Assembly: GCF_006345805.1 (NCBI RefSeq)
Contig: NC_043005.1
Span: 33,914,001 to 33,978,000, forward strand
DNA from: Octopus sinensis
Lineage: Eukaryota
Length of the DNA: 64,000 nucleotides
Direction: 5' to 3'
The notes beneath the pieces are model-generated. The model saw only the letters and a list, made by a program, of their open reading frames with translations, did not search any database and had not been told where the DNA came from. The position numbers and the translations under genes are program-made. Positions 1 to 11,953 of this stretch are shown here, piece after piece (positions within the stretch are counted from its first letter, which is position 1; every line of letters starts with the position of its first letter).

Positions 1-287
1 TATAATTAATTAATAAGGGTGAGAGAATTAGATACTAATTTAATAGTATACCTATTCAACACCAAGTGGCCCAGTGCCCCGAGAAACCTGGATTATTATA
101 ATATTTTATAATATATTATAATATTTTATACAAAAATAAATATAAGAGAGTGGTCACTATGTGGCTCACTCTAGCACTAGTAAATCCAAAATGTTTCAAC
201 CACAAAAATACATGTTTCCCATGAAAGTCAGTACGATTGTTAGCTCACACGAACAGGGCAAATAAAAAATAACAAAAATACAGATTA

Positions 288-368
288 TTTTGGGACAATT
301 GTTTCGCTATTAATGAATTAAATGTAATTTTACTTACAAAAAACTCACTTGTAGCTCCTCAGCCAAAA
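288..368 (-). ncRNA. Type I hammerhead ribozyme motif, intact core (inverted copy of 674-754)
   Basis: Exact reverse complement of 674-754; both arm mismatches fall outside the motif. Confidence 0.8.
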
Positions 369-673
369 CTATCTGGATGAAATCCACTCAATCACACGCC
401 AGATTTTACCATAACGATTAATACACGTGTGGTTCAATTGATTACATCCGACGTTATAATTCAAATGCCCCTACCAACAACGCGCCAAACTTTCACGGAA
501 ACAAATACTACATTTAGAAATAAATGTAGCATAATTATAATTAATTAATAAGGGTGAGAGAATTAGATACTAATTTAATAGTATACCTATTCAACACTAA
601 TCAATTGAACCACACGTGTATTTATCGTTATGGTAAAATCTGGCGTGTGATTGAGTGGATTTCATCCAGATAG

Positions 674-754
674 TTTTGGCTGAGGAGCTACAAGTGAGTT
701 TTTTGTAAGTAAAATTACATTTAATTCATTAATAGCGAAACAATTGTCCCAAAA
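674..754 (+). ncRNA. Type I hammerhead ribozyme motif, intact core, GUC cleavage triplet
   Basis: Stem I TTTTGG(674-679)/CCAAAA(749-754); CTGAGGA 680-686; stem II GCTA(687-690)/TAGC(733-736); GAAA 737-740; palindromic stem III ACAATTGT 740-747; GTC 746-748. Confidence 0.8.
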
Positions 755-907
755 TAATCTGTATTTTTGTTATTTTTTATTTGCCCTGTTCGTGTGAGCT
801 AACAATCGTACTGACTTTCATGGGAAACATGTATTTTTGTGGTTGAAACCTTTTGGATTTACTAGTGCTAGAGTGAGCCACATAGTGACCACTCTCTTAT
901 ATTTATT

Positions 908-912
908 ATTAT

Positions 913-959
<47 letters not shown>

Positions 960-993
960 CAAAAGATATATATATATATATATATATACAAAA

Positions 994-1024
<31 letters not shown>

Positions 1025-1091
1025 AAGATATAATATTATATATATATATATATATATACCAAAAGATATATAATATATATATATATACAAA

Positions 1092-1124
<33 letters not shown>

Positions 1125-1190
1125 AAAGATATATATATATATATATATATACAAACGATATATATAATATATATATATTATATATACAAA

Positions 1191-1229
<39 letters not shown>

Positions 1230-1231
1230 AA

Positions 1232-1274
<43 letters not shown>

Positions 1275-1276
1275 AA

Positions 1277-1317
<41 letters not shown>

Positions 1318-1330
1318 AACGATATATATA

Positions 1331-1373
<43 letters not shown>

Positions 1374-1375
1374 AA

Positions 1376-1407
<32 letters not shown>

Positions 1408-1461
1408 ACGATATATATATATATATATACAAACGATATATATATATATATTATACAAACG

Positions 1462-1495
<34 letters not shown>

Positions 1496-1528
1496 AACGA
1501 TATATATATATATATATATATACAAACG

Positions 1529-1561
<33 letters not shown>

Positions 1562-1599
1562 AACGATATATATATATATATATATATAATATATATAAA

Positions 1600-1631
<32 letters not shown>

Positions 1632-1659
1632 ACGATATATATATATATATATATACAAA

Positions 1660-1691
<32 letters not shown>

Positions 1692-1931
1692 ACGATTATA
1701 TATATTATATATAGATATATATATATATATACAAACGATATATATATATTACAAACGATATATATATATAACGATATATATATATATATATATATATAAA
1801 CGATATATATATAGCACCAGGTGGTGCTATTAAGTTAGACATGGCCTGGGCCAATAATGGCCGAAACCTATCAAAGTATCAAAGTATATATATATATATA
1901 GTATATATATATATATATATATATATACAAA

Positions 1932-1986
<55 letters not shown>

Positions 1987-2050
1987 AACGATATATATTA
2001 TATATATACAAACGATATATATATACAAACGATATATATATATACAAACG

Positions 2051-2081
<31 letters not shown>

Positions 2082-2090
2082 ATATATATA
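908..2090. repeat. Compound (TA)n microsatellite/minisatellite punctuated by CAAAAGA then CAAACGA
   Basis: Directly visible; source of the spurious YI-repeat ORFs. Confidence 0.95.
1818..1885 (+). mobile_element. Short 3'-terminal fragment of the CR1-like LINE family seen at 22860-26140
   Basis: caggtggtgctattaagttagacatggcctgg matches the reverse complement of ~22895-22930, followed by a similar short repeated tail. Confidence 0.7.
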
Positions 2091-2491
2091 CAAATTGAGA
2101 TAGGGGTTGTAAATGCAACCCTCTATGGGATAACATATATCCAATATACTGCTAGTGAAGTACCCAACAAAGTTAATACATAAATGTCAATTCATTTACT
2201 GTATTATATGGGCAAAGGTAAAATGATTTACCACAAATTACTAATACAAGATAAGAAAATGGAGAAATACATCTAAATCAAATATCAATTACTAGATAAT
2301 ACTCAATCACATACTTTATTAAACCACTACATAAGAGACTGTAGGGTTAAATATAAAAAGCAGAACAAATCAGTGTACATAAAGGAATGTACATAAAAAA
2401 GTGTACATAAAAGAGTAATGTTGTATAATAAGTAGAATATATATAAAAGAGAATATAAATACAAGTAAATATAAATATAAGTATAAATTAC

Positions 2492-2618
2492 ATCTTACAG
2501 CTGTTTTGGCCATGTCGATAAGTATGTCTCATTTTACCAATATTAGCCCTTTATGGTTGGTCAATATATAGATATAAATGAGACATTTACAAAAATATCA
2601 CAAGGCCTCTTCGGAGAT
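2492..2618 (-). ncRNA. Degenerate hammerhead motif with long stem II insert (in a PLE-like remnant ~2090-2640)
   Basis: On -: ATCT-CCGAAGA-GGCC...GGCC-AAAA-CAGCTG-TA-AGAT. Stems I-III pair; two core substitutions (U4>C, G12>A). Confidence 0.6.
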
Positions 2619-4229
2619 TATGTAATATAACTCAGTCTACATATATACCCACATGGGTGTGGGTGCATACCCACAATACAACATATACATATACATATGA
2701 GTGCATATACTCACACTCTTATACATATGAAAATATACATTTACATAATGATATAAATAAATAATATAAATTAGTAAACATATATACGTGTTCCACACCC
2801 AATGTCTCAGTTTTTTTACTTAATATTGTGATAATAAACATACACAAATTAGTACCTAGATGCAAATATACATAGTCAATAGTACATTATATTACTTCAT
2901 AATAATTTCTAAAGTGTCATTAAAGTTAGCATCATTATCGTTGTCAATACCATTAATGTTATCATTATTATCATTCATAATATTATTAATAACTCTTACA
3001 TTATGATCCAGATCGGAATATAAAATATTATCAGATTCAATGAGATGTTTAATTTTTTCAGTTTTCCCGTTTATTAATTTTTTTCAGTTTTGTATGATTT
3101 GTTATAAAAATATTATCCGAGTCAATGTCTAATCTTTTCACTTATCATGTTTATTAATTTTTTCATTTTTTATTGAGGGTTTAACAATTTTTTAGTTGAG
3201 GGAGATAACCCAATTTTTTAATGAGAGTGAGATAGCCAAAAAGTACCAATTATTTTATTACATATATAACAAGTATGTATATGATACATATATAATATAA
3301 AATCACATTAAGATACAAATCCAAAACCGAAAACACAAACATGAACGAAAAAAAAGAAAGAAAGGGGAGAGAAAAAGAAAATGAGGAAGAAAGATAGAAA
3401 AATTTCAATTCAGCACCAAATGCCTCAAATGAAATAAATTGTAATTTTAAAAAATATTTGCAGAATCATAATCGTTTGTATTCATAATACACAAATCCTT
3501 AGAAATTTTCGGAAACTCTATGATTATCACAAAAACAGCACACATTCTCTCATTCTGGGCTCACTAGAGTTACACACTGCTAAACAATCATGTAAAGGGA
3601 CATAAGTCACAACGTACCACGTGTTACTGTGTTACTTTAAATGTCCGAAATGCAATGTTTTGGTATTTACCTTCGTCCGTCTTTTACTTCAGTATATTTT
3701 ATGACTGTTATTATGACTTTTAAAATTCATTATTGAAAATTGGTAACTATAATTTCTCTCACAGTTTTTAGTAATTTGGATTATTCTAGAGTTGTTTTTA
3801 AGTTATAGCAGTATTTTATAGTGTGTGACTTGTGAGTGCAGCATAATAAAATAACTTTTTTAAACACGATATCCTCTTAAAGTGGAATAGAAAAATAGCT
3901 TAAAATTAAGAATTCTACATTATTATTCTTTTCATAAAATTAGAAGCCTTTTATATTTCTTTTATAAAGATTTTGTTTTATCTTAATAATAATACGGCAA
4001 TTCTCCAGCATAGCATTACCTGTGGTGTCTAACACCCGATTAATGTTTATTATATTAGCTGTGTGTTAATAGTATTTTTGTGTATCTTTTATTAAACGTA
4101 TGTGTTAAATTATAATACTAGCTAAACACCAAAATATAAAAAACACACTAGACCGGGAGGCAGTAGGCAAACTTATGCTATTGACCTCTTCACAGGATTG
4201 TTGATAACAAGTCTGCGTGATTTTCTGTT

Positions 4230-4660
4230 TAAATGTCTACATAACTTTTTCTAGAAATTTTTTTACGTTGATTTCAGAGCTGTTATTAGTTTTTCTCCAT
4301 CACGTCTACTTTTTCTGTTGTGAAGCTTTATTTTATTTTATGTATTATCGTATCAAACAGATAACGGTGATTACCTGATTTATTTTGCTCAACAAAATAG
4401 ATTGCTAATAAACCAATGCTTATCTAATATTAGTAAAGGTATAGCAGCCAAAATAAAGTCTATTAAACAGTCATCTAATTACAGACGACGTGACTTTGAA
4501 AAGCTGTGTACATCAGTTGTTGATGATATTTACATATAAACTCCACTTAAAATGTTTACATATAGACGTAAGTGCGTGAACAATCCGAACATATTCTGCT
4601 ACATTTGTGGCAGGTATGTTGTCATTAAGCAGAAACAAAATATAACTGATCTTCTAAAAT
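4230..4660 (+). mobile_element. 5' fragment of a Chapaev-like DNA transposon
   Basis: ~4553-4655 translates MFTYRRKCVNNPNIFCYICGRYVVIKQKQNITDLLK, resembling the N-terminal C..NP..FCYICG...NIT motif I recall from Chapaev3-type transposases. Confidence 0.5.
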
Positions 4661-5517
4661 AATAATAAAAAATCTGTACATGATAAGCAAAAACTAAATA
4701 CACATTTGAAATCAATATTAACAAAAAATAATTTAGAATCACCTATAAATAGACAATCATTATTTACTTAATCTAAAAATGCAGACTTGTGTAACTTATA
4801 GACCCACATCATGGAAATTTCTAAAATATAATCCAAAAATATAATTAATAAAAAATTTCTTAATATAAATACAATTCATTCATTCTTTTGTGTCATTGCT
4901 GTTTTAATAAGAAATATTTTAAAATTTTATGAAAATACTTAACAAAAATTAATAAAGAGCAATAAAAATTCAGTCATTAGTTGGAATATTTAATGTGAAA
5001 TATATGTTTGGTGAATACTAGTTACGACATTGATATTTCACTGGAAATTAGTGAGTTTTAGAATTAGTTCATTAATAATTAAGCACCCTTAATGCTCAAA
5101 ATGGTTTCAGGTGTTTATCAACACCTTGTGTCTTAGACTCCAGTTTCTACAAAAAAGTGAAGTTTAGAGATATTACCACACGTTATTTAGAAATTGTCAT
5201 ATAATGTAATACTACAAATCCTAACCAACTAGATAGTTACTGCTGGAATGTCTTTAATTATAGGTTTCTGCATCAGAGTTGACCTGAGGTTTAATTATTT
5301 GAATGCTTCTACTGACAGTGCCTCTGCATACGCTTCAAAGTGCTAAAAATAGCAGTCTCATCTTTACATATTGCAGTATCAGTTTATTTATGTATAGTGT
5401 TTAGTTTCTGTGGTTTATTAATATTATTGCTATTATATTTGTTTTTGTTTTAATTAATTTAGAACTTGAGGTGGTCTTAGGTGAGTTGGTATCAAAAGTA
5501 AGGCGTTCTCCCGTGAC

Positions 5518-5705
5518 TTTGTTCCGTCATAACTTTCTGAAAAATGAATATTTTTTTATAAAATTTTCTACAAACATATTCCTGATAGTGTAGATTATGA
5601 TTATACCAGAATATAATCATCATCTACACCATCAAAAATGTATCTCTGGAAAATTTCGTTAAAAAATAAGCATTTTTGAAAAAGTTATGAAGAAGCAGAG
5701 TCAGT
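5518..5705. mobile_element. Palindromic MITE-like element
   Basis: cgtcataactttctgaaaaatgaatattttt...aaaattttc is inverted relative to gaaaattt...aaaaaataagcatttttgaaaaagttatgaag. Confidence 0.5.
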
Positions 5706-6094
5706 AGGATAGAGCAAAGCAAATGATAAAATCCATTGATCAGCAATAATTTATTGAATTATTTATATTGAATAACTGGCTCTGATACTTTTTGCTGTCA
5801 AATTTCAAGTCTAAATTTCTGAGAGGCTGGTTTGTCCTCTATGTGGTCTATCAACTTACTAAATATAACAACCAAATTTCCTTCCAATTACATCCTTAAA
5901 AAGTAAGGCCCCATTCTATAATATGGTCCTAGGATGCACCATGTCTGAAATAAGATAGGAACGTCACAGTTGGAATACCTTTCATCAAGACTGACCTGAG
6001 ATTAAACATCAAGCTATTTGGGTGTTGTAGTATTTCCTCTTGGATTTGAAACTGTGCTGTACCTTCAGTTTGTAAAGATATTGTTTTTAGGTGT

Positions 6095-6330
6095 AGATGT
6101 CACTTGCAGTTAAGAAGTTTGCTTCTAACTACATGGTTTCAGGTTCAGTCCCACTGCATGACACCTTGGGTAAGTCTCTTCAACTACAGTTCCAGGTTGA
6201 CTAAAGCCTCATGAGTGGATTTGGTAGACAAAAACAGAAAAGACTGTCATATACATATATTTATATATATATATGTGTGTGTTTGTGTCTCCTTGTCTTG
6301 ACATCATGAGATAGTTGTAAATGAGTGTTT
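6095..6330 (+). mobile_element. tRNA-derived SINE family A, decayed partial copy
   Basis: Similar to the full copy at 58172-58570 (ggttcagtcccactgc..ccttggg..gtgagtggatttggtagac). Confidence 0.7.
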
Positions 6331-7105
6331 CTATTATACAAATGGTGTCAACTAGGGCACAAACAATGGATGGTGGTATTAATGACCTTCTTGAGGTCAT
6401 TTGTAGTGTAAATAAAGTGAAATTGTTTCAACCAGGAATCAAAAAAAATTTGCATTTTCTACTTTGAAGTATGCTGCCATACTGGTCAACCATCAATGGT
6501 AACACTTACCTACTTTTCTGCCAAAATAGTAATTCAAAAATGGTCCTGGGCCTAAAAGACAAAACTGAGATATTCTCAAGGTTAATGTTCACCCATATGC
6601 CATATGCTGCCAGTACCTCTATTTAGTCCAATTCCACTATAGCTAGAATCATGAGGATATCTTATTACATCTTATAAATGGGATACTCCATTTATAATGG
6701 AGTACTATAAATATTCCATTACTTTAGTGACTGATTAAAACAATTGGTGCTTAGTAAGTTTATCAGAAAAAAAAATTAAATAGAAACTAATTTCCTTTTA
6801 CTTAGAATTATAATTACTTTGTAGATACTCAGTCTAGGTCATCTCTCCTTCAGGGTGGTACTCATGAAGGAAGTGTTCTTCAAGGCTAGTGCCATTTAGG
6901 TGCATATTGTACATCTCATTGTAAGAACAAAATATCTTCTCTGACTGCTGAAAGAGATTAAGAAATGTAGTTTAAACTATTTATAGATGCTATGATACTC
7001 CTATTCAGTTAACTAAGCTAACTTTTGAATGTTGACCTTGAGATAAAGAAATCAGTCTTATATTTATTTTTTTAATTTTCTCTGCAGATACTTATCTCAA
7101 AGAAC

Positions 7106-8642
7106 ATGATACTTCTAAAAACTATTTGCCAAAAATGTTCCAAAAGAGTTTCCTTGCAATTCCTTGGCCTTCTTTACAAATCATCGTCTGTTTCTACTTT
7201 GTGTTTCAAAGAATTTCAGAACCAACTAAAGAAATCCGTTGGCTTTCAAATATCTTCCCTCCATCAGTACTTACCATTTTATCAGAATCAAAACAATTTG
7301 GTCCAAGGAAAAAATCAAAAAGTTCAGTTCTTGAAAAAAAGTTATTCTTCCCTCCAAGAAGATAAATATACCCCAGTTTTTCAACGTCAAGAAACTGAAA
7401 ATGAGCATTTTTATAATTATTTATCTCATAATCAAGAATATCAGTCATTCTTTTTACCTCGAGTATATATCAAACATTGTAGTCAAAACCAAGCTACAGA
7501 CTTGAACGATTTTCTTCATAACTTTCAGACATATTCTCCAACACAGATCCTTGATAAATTCCACGATTTATCAAAATTCTCAGCAGAAAAGCGTCATAAG
7601 TTATTCACAAATGAAATATTTCTTGAAATTTGTCGACTTCTGATTGACCAACTGCCAAAATGGAATACTGAGCAATTATTTCACTACATGAACATTATAA
7701 TTCATTTGGAATTCCGGTCCAGCTCAACAAAGCAACAACAAAAGATTGGTGTCCAAATGGCTAAAGTCATTGATGACCAATGTGTGTTACGCTCAAAAGA
7801 TTTTACTTTAAAGCAATTTTTTCAAGCAAATGATTTCTTTTTTTTACTCTATTATTATAGAGCATGTAAGTTCAAACATACATTTTTTGGAATTATTGAA
7901 GACCGGTTATTAAATAAGCATGAAATAGTTCTTAGTTTGTTCTATGCCAATCTTGCCCGCAAAATGCCTCTGGAAATTACTGTTCAAATACTTCAATGTC
8001 TACCTTCAATTTCAGAAAGTCTCTCTATTGAAGAAACTGCAATTATTTGTCTCGGATTTTTCAAAACCAAAAAACAAATACGTAACTCAGATTTTCTTGA
8101 AGCCTCTGCAAAAAAGCTTAATGAAAGTCTTGCGCAAGCTGATTCATTAACTGTAGCTTCAATATTTAAAGGTTTCCAAATATCTTGTTCAAAGGCTGTA
8201 GATAGAACTATGTTGCCATTATTCAATGAGCTGGATGCCCTGATAAATCCCATCTCTAAACACCTCCATCAATACACTTACTCAACATTCATGCACATCA
8301 TACTTTTTTTCCATAACATTCATTTTGTCAGTGATGAATTTTTAGCAAATGTAAAAAATCGACTTAATTTTGAAGAGTTTTTCAAGTACAGATTGAAAGA
8401 TATCACAAAAATCTGCTTTTCTGTAGCCAATCTTGAACCAGTTTTAGGACCAGTTCCTGAGTTTTGGGATAAGATACTACAGGAACTGGAGTCTGGAAAG
8501 CGAAAGAATGAAATTTTACAACACCCTCAATGTTTGTTAAATATTTTAGTTGCCATGACATTTCTAGATCTTTACCCCTTCCAACTCATTGACTTCATCT
8601 TCCAACCTAAAATGCTGGAACAAATCCATGATTTAAGAAAAA
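7106..8642 (+). CDS. FASTKD5: FAST kinase domain-containing protein 5-like, coding exon 1
   Basis: Acceptor tctgcag at 7087, ATG 7106 with a basic, presequence-like N-terminus. Long helical-repeat ORF. Donor AA|GTAAGG after 8642 (phase 1). Confidence 0.85.
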
Positions 8643-8849
8643 GTAAGGAATCCTTTCATTTTTGTCATATTTACCTTTTTATATTTGCTATTTGTGTTTT
8701 TGAGGTTTGTAAATTAGTTCCAGGTAAAAGAAATGTCTTTTAGAAATTTTCTGTTTGTTAAGTTGTCTGATGGGTTGTTGAAAAAACTAATTTGCAAACG
8801 AATTTGTCACATGAACAAACAAAGCATAATTAAATGAAATTAACAGCAC

Positions 8850-9195
8850 AAACATGGTTCTGTGATTAAGAAGTTTACTTCCTGATGGTATGATTTTTGG
8901 TTCACTCCCACTACATGACACCTTGGACAAATGTCTTCTACTATCGCCTTGAGCCAAACAAAGCCTTGTGAGTGGAGTTGGTTGATAGAAAGTGTCATGT
9001 TTGTCCCCCCCCCCTCCATTGCTTAGATACTAATGTTGGTGTGTTTACGTCCCCATAACTTAGCGCTTTGGCAGAAAATATCGATAGAATAAGTACCAAG
9101 CTTACAAAGAATAAGTCCAGGGGTCGATTTCTTCAACTAAAAGGTGGTACTCCAGCATGGCAACACCCAAATGACTGAAACAAGTAAAAGAGTAA
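8850..9195 (+). mobile_element. tRNA-derived SINE family A, decayed copy
   Basis: Matches 58172-58570, including the 3' gactgaaacaagtaaaagag end. Confidence 0.75.
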
Positions 9196-9245
9196 TATAT
9201 ATCATACGAACGTGGCTGATGCCAGTGCTGCCTTGACTGGCTTCA

Positions 9246-9840
9246 GTGCCGGTGGCACGTAAAAAGCACCCACTACACTCACAGAGTGGTTGACGTTAGG
9301 AAGGGCATCCAGCTGTAGAAACACTGCCAGATCAGAATGGAGCCTGGTGCAGCCTTCTGGCTTCCCAGATTCCGGTCGCTAACATGGAAAACGGACGTTA
9401 AACGATGATGATGATACACATATATATATACATAAATATATAGACACACACATGGCCGTCTGCCAGCCTCGTCTGGCACCTGTGTCGGTGGCACATAAAA
9501 TCACCCACTACACTCTCGGAGTGGTTGGCGTTAGGAAGGGCATCCAGCTGTAGAAACACTGCCAGATCTGACTGGCCTGGTGCAGCCTTTGGGCTTGCCA
9601 GACCCCAGTTGAACCGTCCAACCCATGCTAGCATGTGTGTGTCTATATATTTATGTATATATATATGTGTATCATCATCATCGTTTAACGTCCGTTTTCC
9701 ATGTTAGCAACCGGGATCTGGGAAGCCAGAAGGCTGCACCAGGCTCCATTCTGATCTGGCAGTGTTTCTACAGCTGGATGCCCTTCCTAACGTCAACCAC
9801 TCTGTGAGTGTAGTGGGTGCTTTTTACATGCCACCGGCAC
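9246..9840. repeat. Inverted duplication: 209-bp arms (9246-9454/9632-9840), 177-bp spacer, built from RTE 3'UTR sequence plus flank
   Basis: Arms are reverse complements with 3 mismatches and share the same internal deletion and the same non-element microsatellite flank. Confidence 0.85.
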
Positions 9841-10352
9841 AGGGAGCACAACTACAATTTCCATTGATTTTTGATAATGATGTACTTGACTCAATAGGTC
9901 TCCTCAAGCACAGGGTCGAAACGGTGTTTCTTTACTTGCCACCTGCACAGGAGTCAGTCCAGCGGCAACTGCTGGGTGCCAGTCATAGGATTTGTTCAAT
10001 TTTGATTCCAATTTCACTTGCCCCAACAGGTCTTCGCAAGCAGAGTTTAGTGTCCAATGAAGGGAGGTTGGCATGGGTGCCAGTCGTCAGATGAGGTTTG
10101 ATTTCAAATTCAATTTCGATTTCACTTGCCTCAACAGGTCTTCGCGTGTCCAAGGAAGGAAAGCTTGCATAAGTGGGCTGGCAAAAGACATGGGATGGAC
10201 TCACTTGTCCTGCCGGGTCTTCTCACGCACAGCATATTTCCAAAGGTCTCGGTCACTAGTCATTGCCTCAGTGAGGCCTAATGTTCGAAGGTCGTGCTTC
10301 ACCACCTCGTCCCAGGTTTTCCTGGGTCTAGAGGGATATATGTGTGTGTGTG

Positions 10353-10399
<47 letters not shown>

Positions 10400-10401
10400 G
10401 A

Positions 10402-10469
<68 letters not shown>

Positions 10470-10473
<4 letters not shown>

Positions 10474-10760
10474 CCTCGAGCCAATCAAAGCCTTGTGAGT
10501 GGATTTCATACATGGAAACTGAAAGAAGACTGTTGTATATATGTGTATATTTGTGTGTGTGTCTGTGTTTGTACCCCCACCATTGCTTGATAATTGATGT
10601 TGCTGTTTTTACATTTCCATAACTTATCAATTCAGCAAAAGACACTGATAGAATAAATACTAGGCTTACAAAGAATAAATCCTGTGGTCGATTTGTTCGA
10701 CCAACAGAGGTGCCCCAGCATGGCTGCAGTCACGTGACTGAAACAAGTAAAGCAATAAAA
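10470..10760 (+). mobile_element. tRNA-derived SINE family A, 5'-truncated copy
   Basis: Matches the 3' two-thirds of 58172-58570. Confidence 0.7.
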
Positions 10761-11291
10761 AAACTATGCCATTTTAATCCCGAGCAAGGCCAGGCATCTC
10801 TGCTAGTCTAAGATATTCTAAACATGACCATCTAATCTTTATCGACTTCAGGGATTACATTATCTAATGTATCCTTTATTTAAGATGGTAGCGTGTTGTG
10901 ATTTGTGGCAGATTTGGTTACTATTTCTAGCAAGTCAAGCAGCCACATAGGCAGAGAGTAGGAATGCATACTGATAGGCAAAATGTGGCTGCATTCAAAG
11001 TTAAATCTGTTATCTCAATAACACATGCAAAAAATGACTTAAGCCTGAGAACCAAAACATTAAATTGATATATAAGTTACTTAACTATGAATTTGTAAGG
11101 ATTTATTATTTCTCTCACTATCAATGTGGTCCCCCACTGTCCCCCTTTTGTACACATTTCCTTCTTGCCATCAGTATTAATAAGGTTCTCCCAATTTCCT
11201 GATATAGAGACTCTCTCATTAGCTTGCAATGTTGATACGTTTGTGCTTGTTGTCTCACTGCTCTACAAGAGTATCTTTTGTACTTTCTCAG

Positions 11292-11407
11292 CACAAAGAC
11301 TTGACTTACGCCGTGAACTGTTTCATTTAAGTGAAAGTGTCAAACTAGAACGGCCCAACTATACAGGACCGCTTCTGCCAGACAATTTTCTCAGCACTTT
11401 ATCAAGG
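11292..11407 (+). CDS. FASTKD5: FASTKD5-like coding exon 2
   Basis: tttctcag|CA...AGG|gtaaga, phase 1 in/0 out; encodes SESVKLERPNYTGPLL (FAST-region-like). Confidence 0.85.
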
Positions 11408-11953
11408 GTAAGACCAATAATCTGCTACATTTTATTCTTCAATGTGTTAGACTTTTTACAGTATGTTTGCTACTAAGTTTTGTCAGTATCTGTATATTTA
11501 TCTATTCAGTTTTTTACTCTTTTATATCCATTTTCTCTCTTTGCATAAGTATCAGAGCAACTGTTTATTCTACTGGATGCTCAGGCAACCAAAAGAGCCT
11601 CTGTAGTTGTTCAACCTTCAAGAAATAACAGTTAAATTCCTTTCAAATCACACCCTATTTATTATCTTAAAATGGAAAATATGTTATATATATGTGATAT
11701 AATGTTTGAAAATAAGATGGATCAGTCATGGCTGGAACGTCTTTGATCATAGGCCTGCTTAGTTCAGGCTGTTCTAGGGCTAAACAACACAAGAGTTTGG
11801 TAGTCCTTTCTAAAAGGGCAGGTGTGGAACCCAACTTTTGTCTTTCTCAGGGCACCTTGCACCTTGACATCACAGCTATTGTGTCTCTGTTTTTGATTAT
11901 GAAATTATTCTCTTATGATAGTAATTAATTCTAAGCCTTAATGAATTTTTCAG

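Larger units (their letters stand above)
1..907 (-). mobile_element. Penelope-like element pseudo-LTR/retrozyme-like repeat: 535-bp-period tandem unit on - strand with an inverted 310-bp partial copy at its 5' end
   Basis: 1-62 equals 536-597 (period 535). 135-444 is the reverse complement of 598-907 with 2 mismatches. Each arm carries a hammerhead motif. No RT ORF is visible in the window. Confidence 0.65.

Noticed and set aside
818-2136. Long Y/I-rich ORFs (also at ~10300-10620, 35920-36240, 37650-37880, 47500-47850, 60556-60888, 62636-62915)
   Set aside because: Translations of (TA)n, (TG)n and (TATG)n microsatellites, which lack stops in some frames.
8643-8743. 3' end of the 545-aa ORF as the true FASTKD5 C-terminus
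   Set aside because: A strong donor follows 8642 and five in-phase downstream exons supply the RAP domain; this stretch is intronic read-through.
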